The notes beneath the pieces are model-generated. The model saw only the letters and a list, made by a program, of their open reading frames with translations. It searched no databases and was not told where the DNA came from. Source: a virus. From it: 64,000 nucleotides of DNA. A program made the position numbers and the translations under genes. Below, one piece after another: positions 28,179-38,054 of this stretch. The stretch lies in the IMG/VR virus record IMGVR_UViG_3300016471_000988, positions 32,001 through 96,000 of that record; one strand, given 5' to 3'. Each line of letters starts with the position of its first letter. The first letter of the stretch is position 1.

Positions 28179-29534
28179 CTAATTATCGCCTAGAGCTGTC
28201 AACGTTTTCGAAAACTGTCGAGCCTCCTCACTTTCATTGATTGTGTCGTCTTCTGTTATCTGAAGCGTATTATAGTCTATCTTCAAAGCAATACTTCCGA
28301 AATTAGGACCGAATCGATTCTTAGTCATACCTATGTTTATAATACCTAGTTCTTTATCCTCCTCTTTTTGCCATATTGAAATAATAGCATCTGCTGTCGT
28401 TGCAAGACCTATACTTTCTGAGATAGTTTCAAGACCTGGGTTGTCGATATTGTACCCACTCCTGTTAAGTTGCGTAGCAGAAACGATAGGGCAATTTAAT
28501 TCATAGCTAAGTGCACGTATCTGCTGTGCACAATATAAAACTCTTTCATAACTATTATTGCCTATAGGGCTAGCAAGCAAATTAAGATAATCTAATACGA
28601 TAGCATCTGGTTTTATGCCTTTTTGGACAAGTTTTTTTACATATGCTTTTAATTGATGTGCGGTTAGCATAGAGGGTGGAAATTCTTTTATTATAATTTT
28701 TGGGCGCTTAGACTGCGCAAATTGCTTAACTAAGTTGCGAACTGTTTCGGATTCCTCTTTAAGATGGCTCAGGGGAACACTAGTTATAGCAGAAGATAGT
28801 CTTCTCGCATACATCATTTCACTCATTTCTAAAGAAATTAACAAAACGGTTTTACCTTCCATTGCAATATTTGTAGCTATGTTGCCTAAAAATATACTCT
28901 TACCAACATTAGTTTCGCCCGCAAAAACATATAGGGCGCGGCCATTCTCTAAAAACCCGCCGCCTAGTTTATTATCAAGCCACTTCCATCCCGTTTTTAC
29001 GTGAGGCTCTTCGGTGTGAAGCTCTTTAATAAAAATATCAATATCGGAAAATATCTCTAACCCTAAATGTTGTGACAGATTTATACCTACAGACTTTTCA
29101 ATTTTTTGAAGAAGATCCGCTGTATTCAAGTCCTTACTATCTAATTTTTCTGCAGCTTCAAGCAATGTATTGTAAACTGCCTTTTCTTTTAAAAACAATT
29201 CTGTATTTTCTGTAAGTTCTGCTTTATCAAATTTTTTATCTACATCGACAAACAACTCAACAACACGCTTGAATGAAGCGCGCTGCTCGTCATCTGTTAA
29301 ATATGCTTTAATTTCTGTGTGTGTTGGTACTGTGCCGCGTTCTTTAAAAAATTTAGCTATAATACCAACAATTAATTTTATATCTTTATTCTTAAAAAAC
29401 TTAGGCTCTATGTAATCAATAATCGATGCAAGGTACACTGAATCTAGCAAACAATTATAGATAATAATTGTCTCATAGAAATCTAAATCTAAAATCTTTT
29501 TCTTAGACTGACCACTTTTGCTTGAAATATTCAT
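28179..29534 (-). CDS. gp41: replicative DNA helicase gp41 (DnaB family)
   Basis: AGETNVGKS, ISLEMSE, IVLDYLN, SATQLNR, ISES.GL..TAD, KNRFG. Confidence 0.95.
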   Translation of the reverse strand: MNISSKSGQSKKKILDLDFYETIIIYNCLLDSVYLASIIDYIEPKFFKNKDIKLIVGIIAKFFKERGTVPTHTEIKAYLTDDEQRASFKRVVELFVDVDKKFDKAELTENTELFLKEKAVYNTLLEAAEKLDSKDLNTADLLQKIEKSVGINLSQHLGLEIFSDIDIFIKELHTEEPHVKTGWKWLDNKLGGGFLENGRALYVFAGETNVGKSIFLGNIATNIAMEGKTVLLISLEMSEMMYARRLSSAITSVPLSHLKEESETVRNLVKQFAQSKRPKIIIKEFPPSMLTAHQLKAYVKKLVQKGIKPDAIVLDYLNLLASPIGNNSYERVLYCAQQIRALSYELNCPIVSATQLNRSGYNIDNPGLETISESIGLATTADAIISIWQKEEDKELGIINIGMTKNRFGPNFGSIALKIDYNTLQITEDDTINESEEARQFSKTLTALGDN

Positions 29535-30162
29535 TGCTCCTGTTCCATTCTATATCATTTATATCTCTTAATCCAGGACTTTCGTGATATAGAAATATAG
29601 GCCATACACCGAGTCTTAGCTTGTGCTTGTTGCAGGTTAAACTAAAGTCTATATCATAATGATGCCATTTAAAATTATTATCAAACCTGGCACCAGAATT
29701 GTGTATTTTATTAAACTCAAAGGCTAAAAACACACCGTCAAGTATTGCAACCCTATCTGGAAATGGTCCAAAGCTTGTCATAAGCATGTTGCCTCTGCCT
29801 GAGCTATGCGCGGCAATACCGCGATAGCTGGAAGGCTCCATCATCCAATGCCATAGATTTTTATCCTTAATAGTAGGCTCTCTCCCACCAGCAACGCCTA
29901 TAATATCGTACGATTTCAAGCCATCCTCTAAGCTATGATTTAAATTAGCATATCTTAAGGATATATCATGATGGCAAAATATAATATATCTGTATTTTTC
30001 ATTAGTCTTGTCATTTAAAACATTATTATAATATTCACAGAGCCCTACAGTTTTATTTTTATATAAAATGTTTAGCTCGACATCGTTAGTACCATGTAAG
30101 CTTCTTTCAAGCAAACAATCTGATTTTAAAGGACTTAAAGAAAATACCCCAATAGAACTCAC
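29503..30162 (-). CDS. GT2-like glycosyltransferase
   Basis: IFCHHD, VAILDGVFLA, FD..F..H.YD.DF; start inferred at GTG 30162, 6 nt after TATAAT. Confidence 0.8.
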   Translation of the reverse strand: MSSIGVFSLSPLKSDCLLERSLHGTNDVELNILYKNKTVGLCEYYNNVLNDKTNEKYRYIIFCHHDISLRYANLNHSLEDGLKSYDIIGVAGGREPTIKDKNLWHWMMEPSSYRGIAAHSSGRGNMLMTSFGPFPDRVAILDGVFLAFEFNKIHNSGARFDNNFKWHHYDIDFSLTCNKHKLRLGVWPIFLYHESPGLRDINDIEWNRSNEYFKQKWSV

Positions 30163-30200
30163 AATAAAATTATAATACAAACTATAAATAATCAAGTATT

Positions 30201-31049
30201 ATGGATTTAGATTCAAAATTAATATTTGAAGCATATCAGTCAAGACTTGTCTCGGAAGCTCCTATTGAAATGGGTGGTAGTATAGACGTGACCCCTGTTG
30301 TAAAGAAAACTCTACCAGGTCAGGGTAAAGCATATGGCGCAGGCGCTATTGCTAAAATCGCTGCAGCAACAAATAAACCAGAAGCTGATATAGCTAAAGA
30401 TATGGCAACAACTATTCTCGGACATACAAAAGAGCGTAAAGTTGTAGATGGTAAAGAAGTATATTATTTTCCTGGCGATCCAAAAACATTTATAAACGAA
30501 CTCACCCCTATCTTTAACAAGAAGTATGGTATCCCTGCATCAATGGCAGGTTTTACAGTTAATTATATTTTAATATATCTGCTTAATGCAAAAAAGACAT
30601 CGGGCGGATTAAAAATGGATGCATCAAGAGTTAAAGCAGCAAAGGCAGCAACAGCTGCAGCTGCACCAAAAGTCAAGCTCGAAACGGTTTATGAGATAGA
30701 TAAATCTGTTAAGATCGCGGACAAGTCCTTAAAATCACTAGTACTCAGTTTACCGGATGAAGATGTACATGAAAGAGAGATTTTGAGTGTGCTTAAGACC
30801 GCATTAAGTGAATATAATGATAAACCTGGTATTGAACCAATAAAAGTAAAATCTTTCGATTTGCTGGATAAATTAAAAGCCATAGGAGTTGTAAAGGAAA
30901 AACAAGTCGAGAAGCCTGCCGCAGAGGGCGAAGGCACTGGCGAGGTAGAGACGATTGATGATTTTCCTGAGGGTGATGACGTTACGACAGTAGCTAGAGA
31001 GCTAGGTTTTGATTTAGGTCCGAAGAAATTTGATAGTTTTGATTATTAA
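30201..31049 (+). CDS. hypothetical late protein, candidate head-internal protein
   Basis: TATAAATA 10 nt upstream; MDLDSKLIFEAYQSRLVSEA. Confidence 0.8.
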   Translation: MDLDSKLIFEAYQSRLVSEAPIEMGGSIDVTPVVKKTLPGQGKAYGAGAIAKIAAATNKPEADIAKDMATTILGHTKERKVVDGKEVYYFPGDPKTFINELTPIFNKKYGIPASMAGFTVNYILIYLLNAKKTSGGLKMDASRVKAAKAATAAAAPKVKLETVYEIDKSVKIADKSLKSLVLSLPDEDVHEREILSVLKTALSEYNDKPGIEPIKVKSFDLLDKLKAIGVVKEKQVEKPAAEGEGTGEVETIDDFPEGDDVTTVARELGFDLGPKKFDSFDY

Positions 31050-31753
31050 GCAAAAAACGGACTGTCACAATCAAACATACCGATAGCAGTTATCCCTTCC
31101 GGTGTTATTTGAAATAAATGACCTTCAGGTAGTGGTTCTGAGTCTTTAAATTCTACACTACTAAATTCATTTTGTAAAGCATTTATAAAAACTGTACTAC
31201 CACACCGCGCTAAATATATATTTCGGTTATTTGCATTGAAGAGCCATAATCCAAAAGTACCCTGTAATAGGCCTAAGGTTTGACATAAAATATCCGTATG
31301 ATCATATTTGTGACCGAGTGTATCTAACATTGCTGCTACCATAAATGGTATAATGCTTGAATCAACAGGGTTAGGCCATTTTGGGTCAAAGTTTTCCTTT
31401 ATATCTTTAAAGTTTGTTAGCACACCATTATGTGCAACAACCCACTCACTAAAGCTAAATGGATGGGCTGTATCGCGTGAGTATTTTCTTTTTGCTGAAG
31501 TAGGTGCTTGAGTATGGCCGAGGTAAAATTTTGCTTCACATGGCACCTGAGTTTTTTGTTCTAATATTTTAAGACTGTTTACTAGCTCTTTTTCAGCCTC
31601 TTTTTTTGTTATAGAGCCGCTCCACCTGTGCACCACTAAATCACCTTGCGTAGTTAAAACACAAAGCGAGGTAGCGAACGTCCCTCGCTTTCTATTTAAA
31701 TCATATAATTCTAAATAGCGCTCTAATTCTCTAGCACCAAATATACCGCACAT
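31046..31753 (-). CDS. class II (Ntn) glutamine amidotransferase-like protein
   Basis: MCGIFG N-terminus, RG, HPF, VAHNG, DS motifs; ATG directly follows the queC stop. Confidence 0.85.
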   Translation of the reverse strand: MCGIFGARELERYLELYDLNRKRGTFATSLCVLTTQGDLVVHRWSGSITKKEAEKELVNSLKILEQKTQVPCEAKFYLGHTQAPTSAKRKYSRDTAHPFSFSEWVVAHNGVLTNFKDIKENFDPKWPNPVDSSIIPFMVAAMLDTLGHKYDHTDILCQTLGLLQGTFGLWLFNANNRNIYLARCGSTVFINALQNEFSSVEFKDSEPLPEGHLFQITPEGITAIGMFDCDSPFFA

Positions 31754-32497
31754 TTAGGTATTATAAGTGTCGTATTCAATTAATCTACAATTATACTTTT
31801 TCCAAATATTACTCAAATCCTGTTTGTAAGGTAGAGGGTCTATATAACCTGCTTTAGCAAACCCTTTGATTCGTAGCGCGCTGCTTGGAGAGTTAGCATC
31901 ACTTTTATTATTGCCTGAGTAGCACGTATAGGTTTTACTAAATTTTACCTTGAGTCTTATGCCTTCCTTGACAATATCAGCCTTATCTAAATCAATTAAA
32001 GGTGCCTCGATAGTAATTCTAGTTTCCCGATTAAGGGCTAAAATACTATTTATAGTAGGTAAAAATTCTGGGCTTGCATCCCAATAACCAGCTAAACTAT
32101 CAACTTTTGTAGCACCGTGATAAACAATTTTTGCACCTACAGCTTCTGCATACGAAGCTGCAATACTAAGAAAAATCATATTACGATTTGGTACATATGA
32201 CTTAGGTTGTGCCTCGCCTGCTATCTGCCTTATATCTGGTGTTTCTATATTGTTGTTTGTGAGGCTACTTGTGGGCGCTAGCGTCTTGATAAAAGATGTA
32301 TCAATAGTTTGCCACTCTTTTATCTTGAGCTTCTTAACATGGTGTTCTGCTAAATTTAATTCTCTTTTGTGGCGTTGACCATAATCATATGATAGACCAT
32401 AAACATTCTCTGGTCCGAATGTTTCGACTGCCTTGTAAAGTATAACGGTACTATCCATACCGCCTGAAATTGGAACAACTACTTTAGCTTTTTTCAC
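31754..32497 (-). CDS. queC: 7-cyano-7-deazaguanine synthase QueC
   Basis: SGGMDS PP-loop, YGQRH, YVPNRNMIFLS, D.SPEF, TYTCY. Confidence 0.93.
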   Translation of the reverse strand: MKKAKVVVPISGGMDSTVILYKAVETFGPENVYGLSYDYGQRHKRELNLAEHHVKKLKIKEWQTIDTSFIKTLAPTSSLTNNNIETPDIRQIAGEAQPKSYVPNRNMIFLSIAASYAEAVGAKIVYHGATKVDSLAGYWDASPEFLPTINSILALNRETRITIEAPLIDLDKADIVKEGIRLKVKFSKTYTCYSGNNKSDANSPSSALRIKGFAKAGYIDPLPYKQDLSNIWKKYNCRLIEYDTYNT

Positions 32498-33569
32498 TTA
32501 CAACCTCACCAGATGTATTTCCATACTTGTATGCGGTTTCAAGCTTTTTATCGAGAAGAGGGATCAGCTCTTCATAGAACTTTGGATCTTTTGTAAAGTT
32601 CTTCGCATATCCTAGCTTGGTACCGTCTGGTTTGGTGTAAGTAGAACCTGTCTGAATAATCAGACCGTGGTTAACAGCCATCTCGAGCAAGCCGCTATAC
32701 TTGTCAAGACCAGTTAAATAATTTAAATCTATACTCGCCTCAAGAAACGGGGGCACAAACCTATTTTTTACAGTTAAGGCTCTTAAAGTTGCGCCGCTAT
32801 AGTTTTTGGCTTCAGGTAAAATAGCGTCATTTTCATCTTCTTGTTTTTCGTTCTTTTTAGCAAGCTGAACTATTACACTGGCCATATACAGAGGTCCGCT
32901 GCCGCCGCTTTGATTCTGTACAAGCGATGGATACAGAGAGGCCGGGTCACTATATGTATGATTAGTCATTAATATAGTCACGCCAGCTCGACCCGCTTTG
33001 TAAGTGAGCAATCGCAGCATGCTCTTTAACCCTTTTGCACGTGTTCCCATGTCTGCGGCAGACTTATCCTTTTCGGTATCGGTAACTTCTTTACTACTAG
33101 CAAGATTGCCCAAGCTATCCAAACTAATAATAAACTTACCCTGCAGATTATTTTCAACAATACTGTCTAAAAACGTACTAATCTGATTACGTGCGTTTTC
33201 TATTGTATATACCGGTACGTATTTGGTCTTATCTGGGTCAAGACCTACACCAGCTGTAGTCGTTTTATCAATTGCAAATTCTGTATCAAAGATTACTGGT
33301 ATCATTCCCTTCTTCTGCGCAATACCCAGAATCTTATTTACAAGCAATGTTTTACCGGTCTGCGAAGGACCAGCAAAAATCACAATACGTCCTTTCGGCA
33401 CACCACCATCACGCAGCTTACCAGACACTATAGCATTAAGTGCATAGCACCCGGTATCATGCCATGTATCTACATTACAAAGGGCATTCTCCGAAAGAAA
33501 CGTAGCTTCCGGGTTTAAGGCATCAAGCGACTTGAACGCTTTTGCCAGAAGGTCGTCTTGCTTCATCAA
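32484..33569 (-). CDS. uvsX: RecA-like recombinase UvsX
   Basis: DTGCYALN, GPSQTGKT, FDTE, LDSLGNL, DMGTRAK, GG.G..Y.AS. Confidence 0.93.
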   Translation of the reverse strand: MMKQDDLLAKAFKSLDALNPEATFLSENALCNVDTWHDTGCYALNAIVSGKLRDGGVPKGRIVIFAGPSQTGKTLLVNKILGIAQKKGMIPVIFDTEFAIDKTTTAGVGLDPDKTKYVPVYTIENARNQISTFLDSIVENNLQGKFIISLDSLGNLASSKEVTDTEKDKSAADMGTRAKGLKSMLRLLTYKAGRAGVTILMTNHTYSDPASLYPSLVQNQSGGSGPLYMASVIVQLAKKNEKQEDENDAILPEAKNYSGATLRALTVKNRFVPPFLEASIDLNYLTGLDKYSGLLEMAVNHGLIIQTGSTYTKPDGTKLGYAKNFTKDPKFYEELIPLLDKKLETAYKYGNTSGEVVSEKS

Positions 33570-33925
33570 TCGTCAAACAACTTAATGACCGGACTGCCCT
33601 TGCCACTCTTACCTGTCTCTGCGGGAGCAGGAGTAGCAGAAAAGATTCGTGTATACTGCTCACAAATCTTAGGTTCCAACTCTACTTCTGAAGTGACGAT
33701 TCTATCCTTGTTAAAGGAGAAGACCGCCCCCTCGCTACGCTTCGCGCTGTCAATAAACTCGCGGAAAAATAGCGGAATAAGTTGTACTTGCAATTGGCCG
33801 GACTGATTAGGAGTAACATGAAGCACCGCGGGGTTTCTTACCTTAAGTGCATCACCCTTATCAGAGACGACTTCAGCAAGAATAGTTTGACCAACATGGT
33901 TAATGAATACTGTAATATCGCTCAT
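33566..33925 (-). CDS. hypothetical beta-rich (possibly Sm-like) protein
   Basis: 119 aa, first gene of the uvsX-queC-gat operon, own sigma70-like promoter. Confidence 0.75.
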   Translation of the reverse strand: MSDITVFINHVGQTILAEVVSDKGDALKVRNPAVLHVTPNQSGQLQVQLIPLFFREFIDSAKRSEGAVFSFNKDRIVTSEVELEPKICEQYTRIFSATPAPAETGKSGKGSPVIKLFDD

Positions 33926-33931
33926 ATTCTT

Positions 33932-33959
33932 AATATATATGATCCTTTTCGTAAATCAA
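33932..33959 (-). promoter_or_regulatory. sigma70-like promoter (uvsX-queC-gat operon)
   Basis: TTGATT-N16-TATATT-N6-ATG. Confidence 0.8.
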
Positions 33960-36544
33960 GCTAAAAAAGAAAAAAGATCGCATTGTGTTACTTCACCTGG
34001 TTTTTGTATAGCCCAGTCAACAGAATCATAGAATCGCTCTATAGCACTAAACATAATTTTGTCAAACATCATATCATGGTCGGGCTCAAAAATTTGCGCA
34101 AATTCTTCTGGGTAGTAGTACTTATAGGCGATTGCACTTATACCGTAACGGTTTGGCTGTTTCACATAAAAGTATCTAATCTTATCACCACTGCTGATCT
34201 TTTCATATTTTTTATCTATTTTCAACAGATTTAATAATGTATTGTGCATGTATGCCGCCTTTACATGTAACGGCATAGATTTGACTGTTTTAAAGCCGTC
34301 ACACTTAACAGCATACTTTTCATATCCTTTTAGCCCTGTTACAAAGGAAATATCACTAACTGGTAGCGTTTTAAATAAATCATACGTTTGCAGTACAATC
34401 TCGCTTGTCTTTTGTTGGTCTCGCGTTGTTAGCATTGTTTGCACGATTTTTTTTGCTAGCGGCTTTAAAGGTGCTGGCATCGTAGTGCGTGCAATTTCTA
34501 CGCCTGTGTACTTAAATTTATCTGTAGGTATACCCTCTTCATCCAACACATGTAAGACGTATCTTTTTTTCTGAAGAAACATACCTACATCACATATGGC
34601 TTCTCTTTTGAAGACAATTCTGCTATCTAAACTATTTAAAGATTTTTCACACCATAGCTTTATCTCAGTATTTAAATATGTTTCAATTTCATGTACCAGT
34701 GCATGAAATTCTGCTGTTATTTTGCCTTTTTCATCGAGAAGATTAATATTTTGCCTTTCACAGACTTGTTGAAGTGTAATATAAACAGAATCGGTGTCAT
34801 TGTAAATAATTGGAGTATTTTTTTCTATTTCACCATCGGTAAGACCAGTTTTTTCCTGAATAAATTTTGATAATATCTTATTGCCTTGCTTGATAACTGC
34901 TTGACCGGTTAAAGTAATGCTTCTTGCCAGGTCATCATCACCAAGCGGAAATACTTTGTTACCTAATGCCCCGTATACAGTATTAATAAAAATTTTTATG
35001 GTATGTTGCTTAATATTGAGGATACTTATTTCATCTTTAATTTTTTGATAAGTTGGATCGGTTTTTTCTAATGTTGTTAATAGTTTTTTAGCTTTCTTGT
35101 GGTCGCGGCGAACCTGTACGCGCAACTTATAATATTGATCAACCATTTCTGGAATAATGCCTTTTGTTTTTTGGCTGAATAAAACTTTAGCTTTGCTAAG
35201 GCTTAGCTTTTCTTGTTGAACAAGCTGCGCAAACCTATTGATAGGAAGTGTAACAGTTTTACCATTAACATCTCTAATTATCACCTCCTCTTTATTTTGT
35301 GATTCGATAACTCCAAGCTTTGTTTCTGGTGATAAATTTAAAGTAACCATCACAGATGGATACAGGCTATTTGCATCAAAACTTACGATATTTCTTTGAA
35401 AGCCTCGCTTTGGCTCACTCACATACGCGCCCTCGTTTTGCTTACCTTCGTCCTCGTCGCGTACGAACGTTGGAATTCGCATGTTACGATGCCGCGCTCG
35501 AATTGCACATGCTCCAATAATGACACTCATGCTTCCCATAGCGGCTTCCATGGTAGTTAAGCCGGTATAGCTAAGCATTCTAAGTAATTGAAAATATTGT
35601 AATTTATCCTCTAATTTAACAAGCAATCTAACGTCTTGAACGTTATAATCGACAAACGTATTCCAATCACTATCCGCAAGACTACTTAAATTAGTTTCAC
35701 CATAATCGACCTTAGATTCGTTTAACTCAATCTTTGCAATATTATCAAGTTTATAATTTTCTCTAAGAACCATGCAGAATCGTTTATAGATATCTAGATA
35801 ATCTAGACAGGAAATACCATCTATATACCATCTAATTTGCTCTTTACCAAATTGTCCCTTGAGATGTCTACTGTAAACACGCCCGACAGGGCTCAACCTA
35901 GCTACTGTTTCATCATCGAATAAAACACGTATGCGATTAACTAGGTAAGGGAGATCGAAAAGAATCGAATTCCACCCCAGAATAACATCAGGATAATCCG
36001 ATTCAATATGCTTAATAAACTTTTCTAACAGCTCTTTCTCCGTCTTGCAGTATAAAAAGATATGATCCTCACTTATCTTATTACACGGCTTAATACCCCA
36101 CGTAATAAATTTTTTTGTCAGTGTATCGTAAATTGTGATAATATTAATAGGGTGATTAGCAGTTTCGATATTAGGAAAATCATCTACAGAATAAGTTTCA
36201 ATATCTAGAAAAAACAACTTTAATGGAAATTGTGAAAAATCTGTAGTCTCATTTACTTGCCAGAAGTTATCTAATAAAAACTGTTGTGCAGGAGAAAGAT
36301 TCTCAAATACGCGGGTTATTCCTGACTCTCGCAAATATTTGGATTTTTCGAACTGATTTCTAAATGTCTTTTTCTTTAAATGCGTGTTAAAAATACTTAG
36401 TGCGTCCTTTGCACTATTATTTTCTAGAAAAACATATGGATGATATGTAGAATCAATAGCAATTCTTTCACCACTCTTATTCCATGTAAAAAGTCTAATT
36501 AACTCCTGACGAGGGTCATATGCAACATTTCTATAGCCAATCAT
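33956..36544 (-). CDS. gp43: family B DNA polymerase gp43
   Basis: exonuclease LDIET, GWN...FD, YNVQDV; polymerase FDANSLYPS, K...NTVYG, YNDTDS. Confidence 0.98.
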   Translation of the reverse strand: MIGYRNVAYDPRQELIRLFTWNKSGERIAIDSTYHPYVFLENNSAKDALSIFNTHLKKKTFRNQFEKSKYLRESGITRVFENLSPAQQFLLDNFWQVNETTDFSQFPLKLFFLDIETYSVDDFPNIETANHPINIITIYDTLTKKFITWGIKPCNKISEDHIFLYCKTEKELLEKFIKHIESDYPDVILGWNSILFDLPYLVNRIRVLFDDETVARLSPVGRVYSRHLKGQFGKEQIRWYIDGISCLDYLDIYKRFCMVLRENYKLDNIAKIELNESKVDYGETNLSSLADSDWNTFVDYNVQDVRLLVKLEDKLQYFQLLRMLSYTGLTTMEAAMGSMSVIIGACAIRARHRNMRIPTFVRDEDEGKQNEGAYVSEPKRGFQRNIVSFDANSLYPSVMVTLNLSPETKLGVIESQNKEEVIIRDVNGKTVTLPINRFAQLVQQEKLSLSKAKVLFSQKTKGIIPEMVDQYYKLRVQVRRDHKKAKKLLTTLEKTDPTYQKIKDEISILNIKQHTIKIFINTVYGALGNKVFPLGDDDLARSITLTGQAVIKQGNKILSKFIQEKTGLTDGEIEKNTPIIYNDTDSVYITLQQVCERQNINLLDEKGKITAEFHALVHEIETYLNTEIKLWCEKSLNSLDSRIVFKREAICDVGMFLQKKRYVLHVLDEEGIPTDKFKYTGVEIARTTMPAPLKPLAKKIVQTMLTTRDQQKTSEIVLQTYDLFKTLPVSDISFVTGLKGYEKYAVKCDGFKTVKSMPLHVKAAYMHNTLLNLLKIDKKYEKISSGDKIRYFYVKQPNRYGISAIAYKYYYPEEFAQIFEPDHDMMFDKIMFSAIERFYDSVDWAIQKPGEVTQCDLFSFLA

Positions 36545-36550
36545 TTGTTT

Positions 36551-36578
36551 ATTATATTTGAAATTTAGTGTTTAGCAA
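36551..36578 (-). promoter_or_regulatory. sigma70-like promoter (gp43)
   Basis: TTGCTA-N16-TATAAT-N6-ATG. Confidence 0.85.
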
Positions 36579-36591
36579 TAAATTATATTAT

Positions 36592-36783
36592 ATGGATTAT
36601 ATAATGCAATTTTTTGATATGACAAGACCATGTCCAGAGCAAATTCAGGATTGCGAAAAGCATAGAGCGGCATACACAGCGGAGTATGAAGCAATAAAAT
36701 CAAAAGGCGGCTGCGGCACTTGCATGGAGAGAAATTTAAAGCAGCGCTATATTGGTCTATTGCAACAATTTCTTAAACTGTAA
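36592..36783 (+). CDS. small four-Cys protein
   Basis: CP...C...CGTC; start uncertain (36592 or 36604). Confidence 0.6.
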   Translation: MDYIMQFFDMTRPCPEQIQDCEKHRAAYTAEYEAIKSKGGCGTCMERNLKQRYIGLLQQFLKL

Positions 36784-38023
36784 TACCATTAATGCGGTTA
36801 ATATTGACGCGCTCTGGCGCACCATAAGGGTAATTGAATAGCTCGTAGTAACAATCCAGATTGCTACTATTCTCCATCCACCGACTATCAGCATTCTTAC
36901 GAGCTGTAGCACATATATTCATATATCTTCCCTTGCGGCTTAATACATCTCTTACTATCCCAATCATTTCTTCGCCTGTTTTAAACTTAAATTCCGCATC
37001 TTTGTATGTACAGAGATCTTGACACGCTATAGGAAGTCCAAAGCAATTAGCCTCAATCCACTTTAAATCAGACTTACTTTTATTAAAATTATTATCCTGA
37101 AGCGGTGCAATCATCATGTTAATTCTTAGCTTATAAATAGCCTCACCATAATTGTAAAGATTTGTCCAGGGGTGGAATTCAACCAATCCACGCTCAACTA
37201 ACGGACGAAGCGGTAAAGGGAAAGCACCTAAAAATACCCATTGAAACTCAGTATGAGTATCATAGATAGTTCTAATTATATGCTCAAAATCATCTCGCTG
37301 GTTTACTCTATTCTCTACATCGAAATGCGCCCCAGAGCCTGCATATAAGATTCTCGGCTTCGCCTTGTACGTGTCGTAGTTACTGCTAATTTGTTTCTCA
37401 TTATAGAAATGCCCGAGCCAAAACTTTGGCGGATAATTTGGAATAACTGTTACATGTTTATGTCCAGTTTTTTCCTTGTAATAATCCTTCATAAAATCAT
37501 TTGTTACAGTAATCTCGTCACAAAGCGACATTATGTCTTGTGCATTCTTCCGGATCTGGGGATCGACAAACGCTGTTTTAAATTTATTATAGTCAGGAAT
37601 ATCCTCACAGAAAACTAAATCATCAATTTCATAAACAATTCTAAATCCCGTCTGGCCAGGTTGTTTCGATATTTGCTCAGAAACTTCCCGTAAAAACTTT
37701 ACAAATTGTAGCTGCGACGAGGTCGCTTGTCTCTGGACACGTACCACCTTTACATTAACATACCACCGGGGGTCAAGCACCATGACAGTGCTGCCATGAA
37801 CAGTCATTCTACCGTATGCGTTTAGTAGGTGCTCCGGCCATAACATTCGCCAAAACCCGCAGCCTGAATAATCAGCATAGTACTGAACGGCGCGGGGAAG
37901 ATTAACGTCAGGAGGCGGTGAATTATCAGCTACAAGGGGAGTATTTGCAGGTACTTGTTGTACAGGTACAACACTTGGAACTGTTTGAAGTAATGGTGGT
38001 GTAAAATTACCTGTAATAAACAT
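36773..38023 (-). CDS. GT-B (GT4-like) glycosyltransferase
   Basis: GCGFWRM, YEIDD, VTNDFM, PN, IAPL..N.FN.SKS.LK..EA motifs. Confidence 0.85.
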   Translation of the reverse strand: MFITGNFTPPLLQTVPSVVPVQQVPANTPLVADNSPPPDVNLPRAVQYYADYSGCGFWRMLWPEHLLNAYGRMTVHGSTVMVLDPRWYVNVKVVRVQRQATSSQLQFVKFLREVSEQISKQPGQTGFRIVYEIDDLVFCEDIPDYNKFKTAFVDPQIRKNAQDIMSLCDEITVTNDFMKDYYKEKTGHKHVTVIPNYPPKFWLGHFYNEKQISSNYDTYKAKPRILYAGSGAHFDVENRVNQRDDFEHIIRTIYDTHTEFQWVFLGAFPLPLRPLVERGLVEFHPWTNLYNYGEAIYKLRINMMIAPLQDNNFNKSKSDLKWIEANCFGLPIACQDLCTYKDAEFKFKTGEEMIGIVRDVLSRKGRYMNICATARKNADSRWMENSSNLDCYYELFNYPYGAPERVNINRINGITV

Positions 38024-38054
38024 TTCGTTATATATAGCTGCTATCTTTTATAGA

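Noticed and set aside
33956-36544. Introns or inteins in polymerase, terminase, helicase or UvsX
   Set aside because: All are continuous ORFs of ordinary length with no visible intein C/HN ends or split motifs
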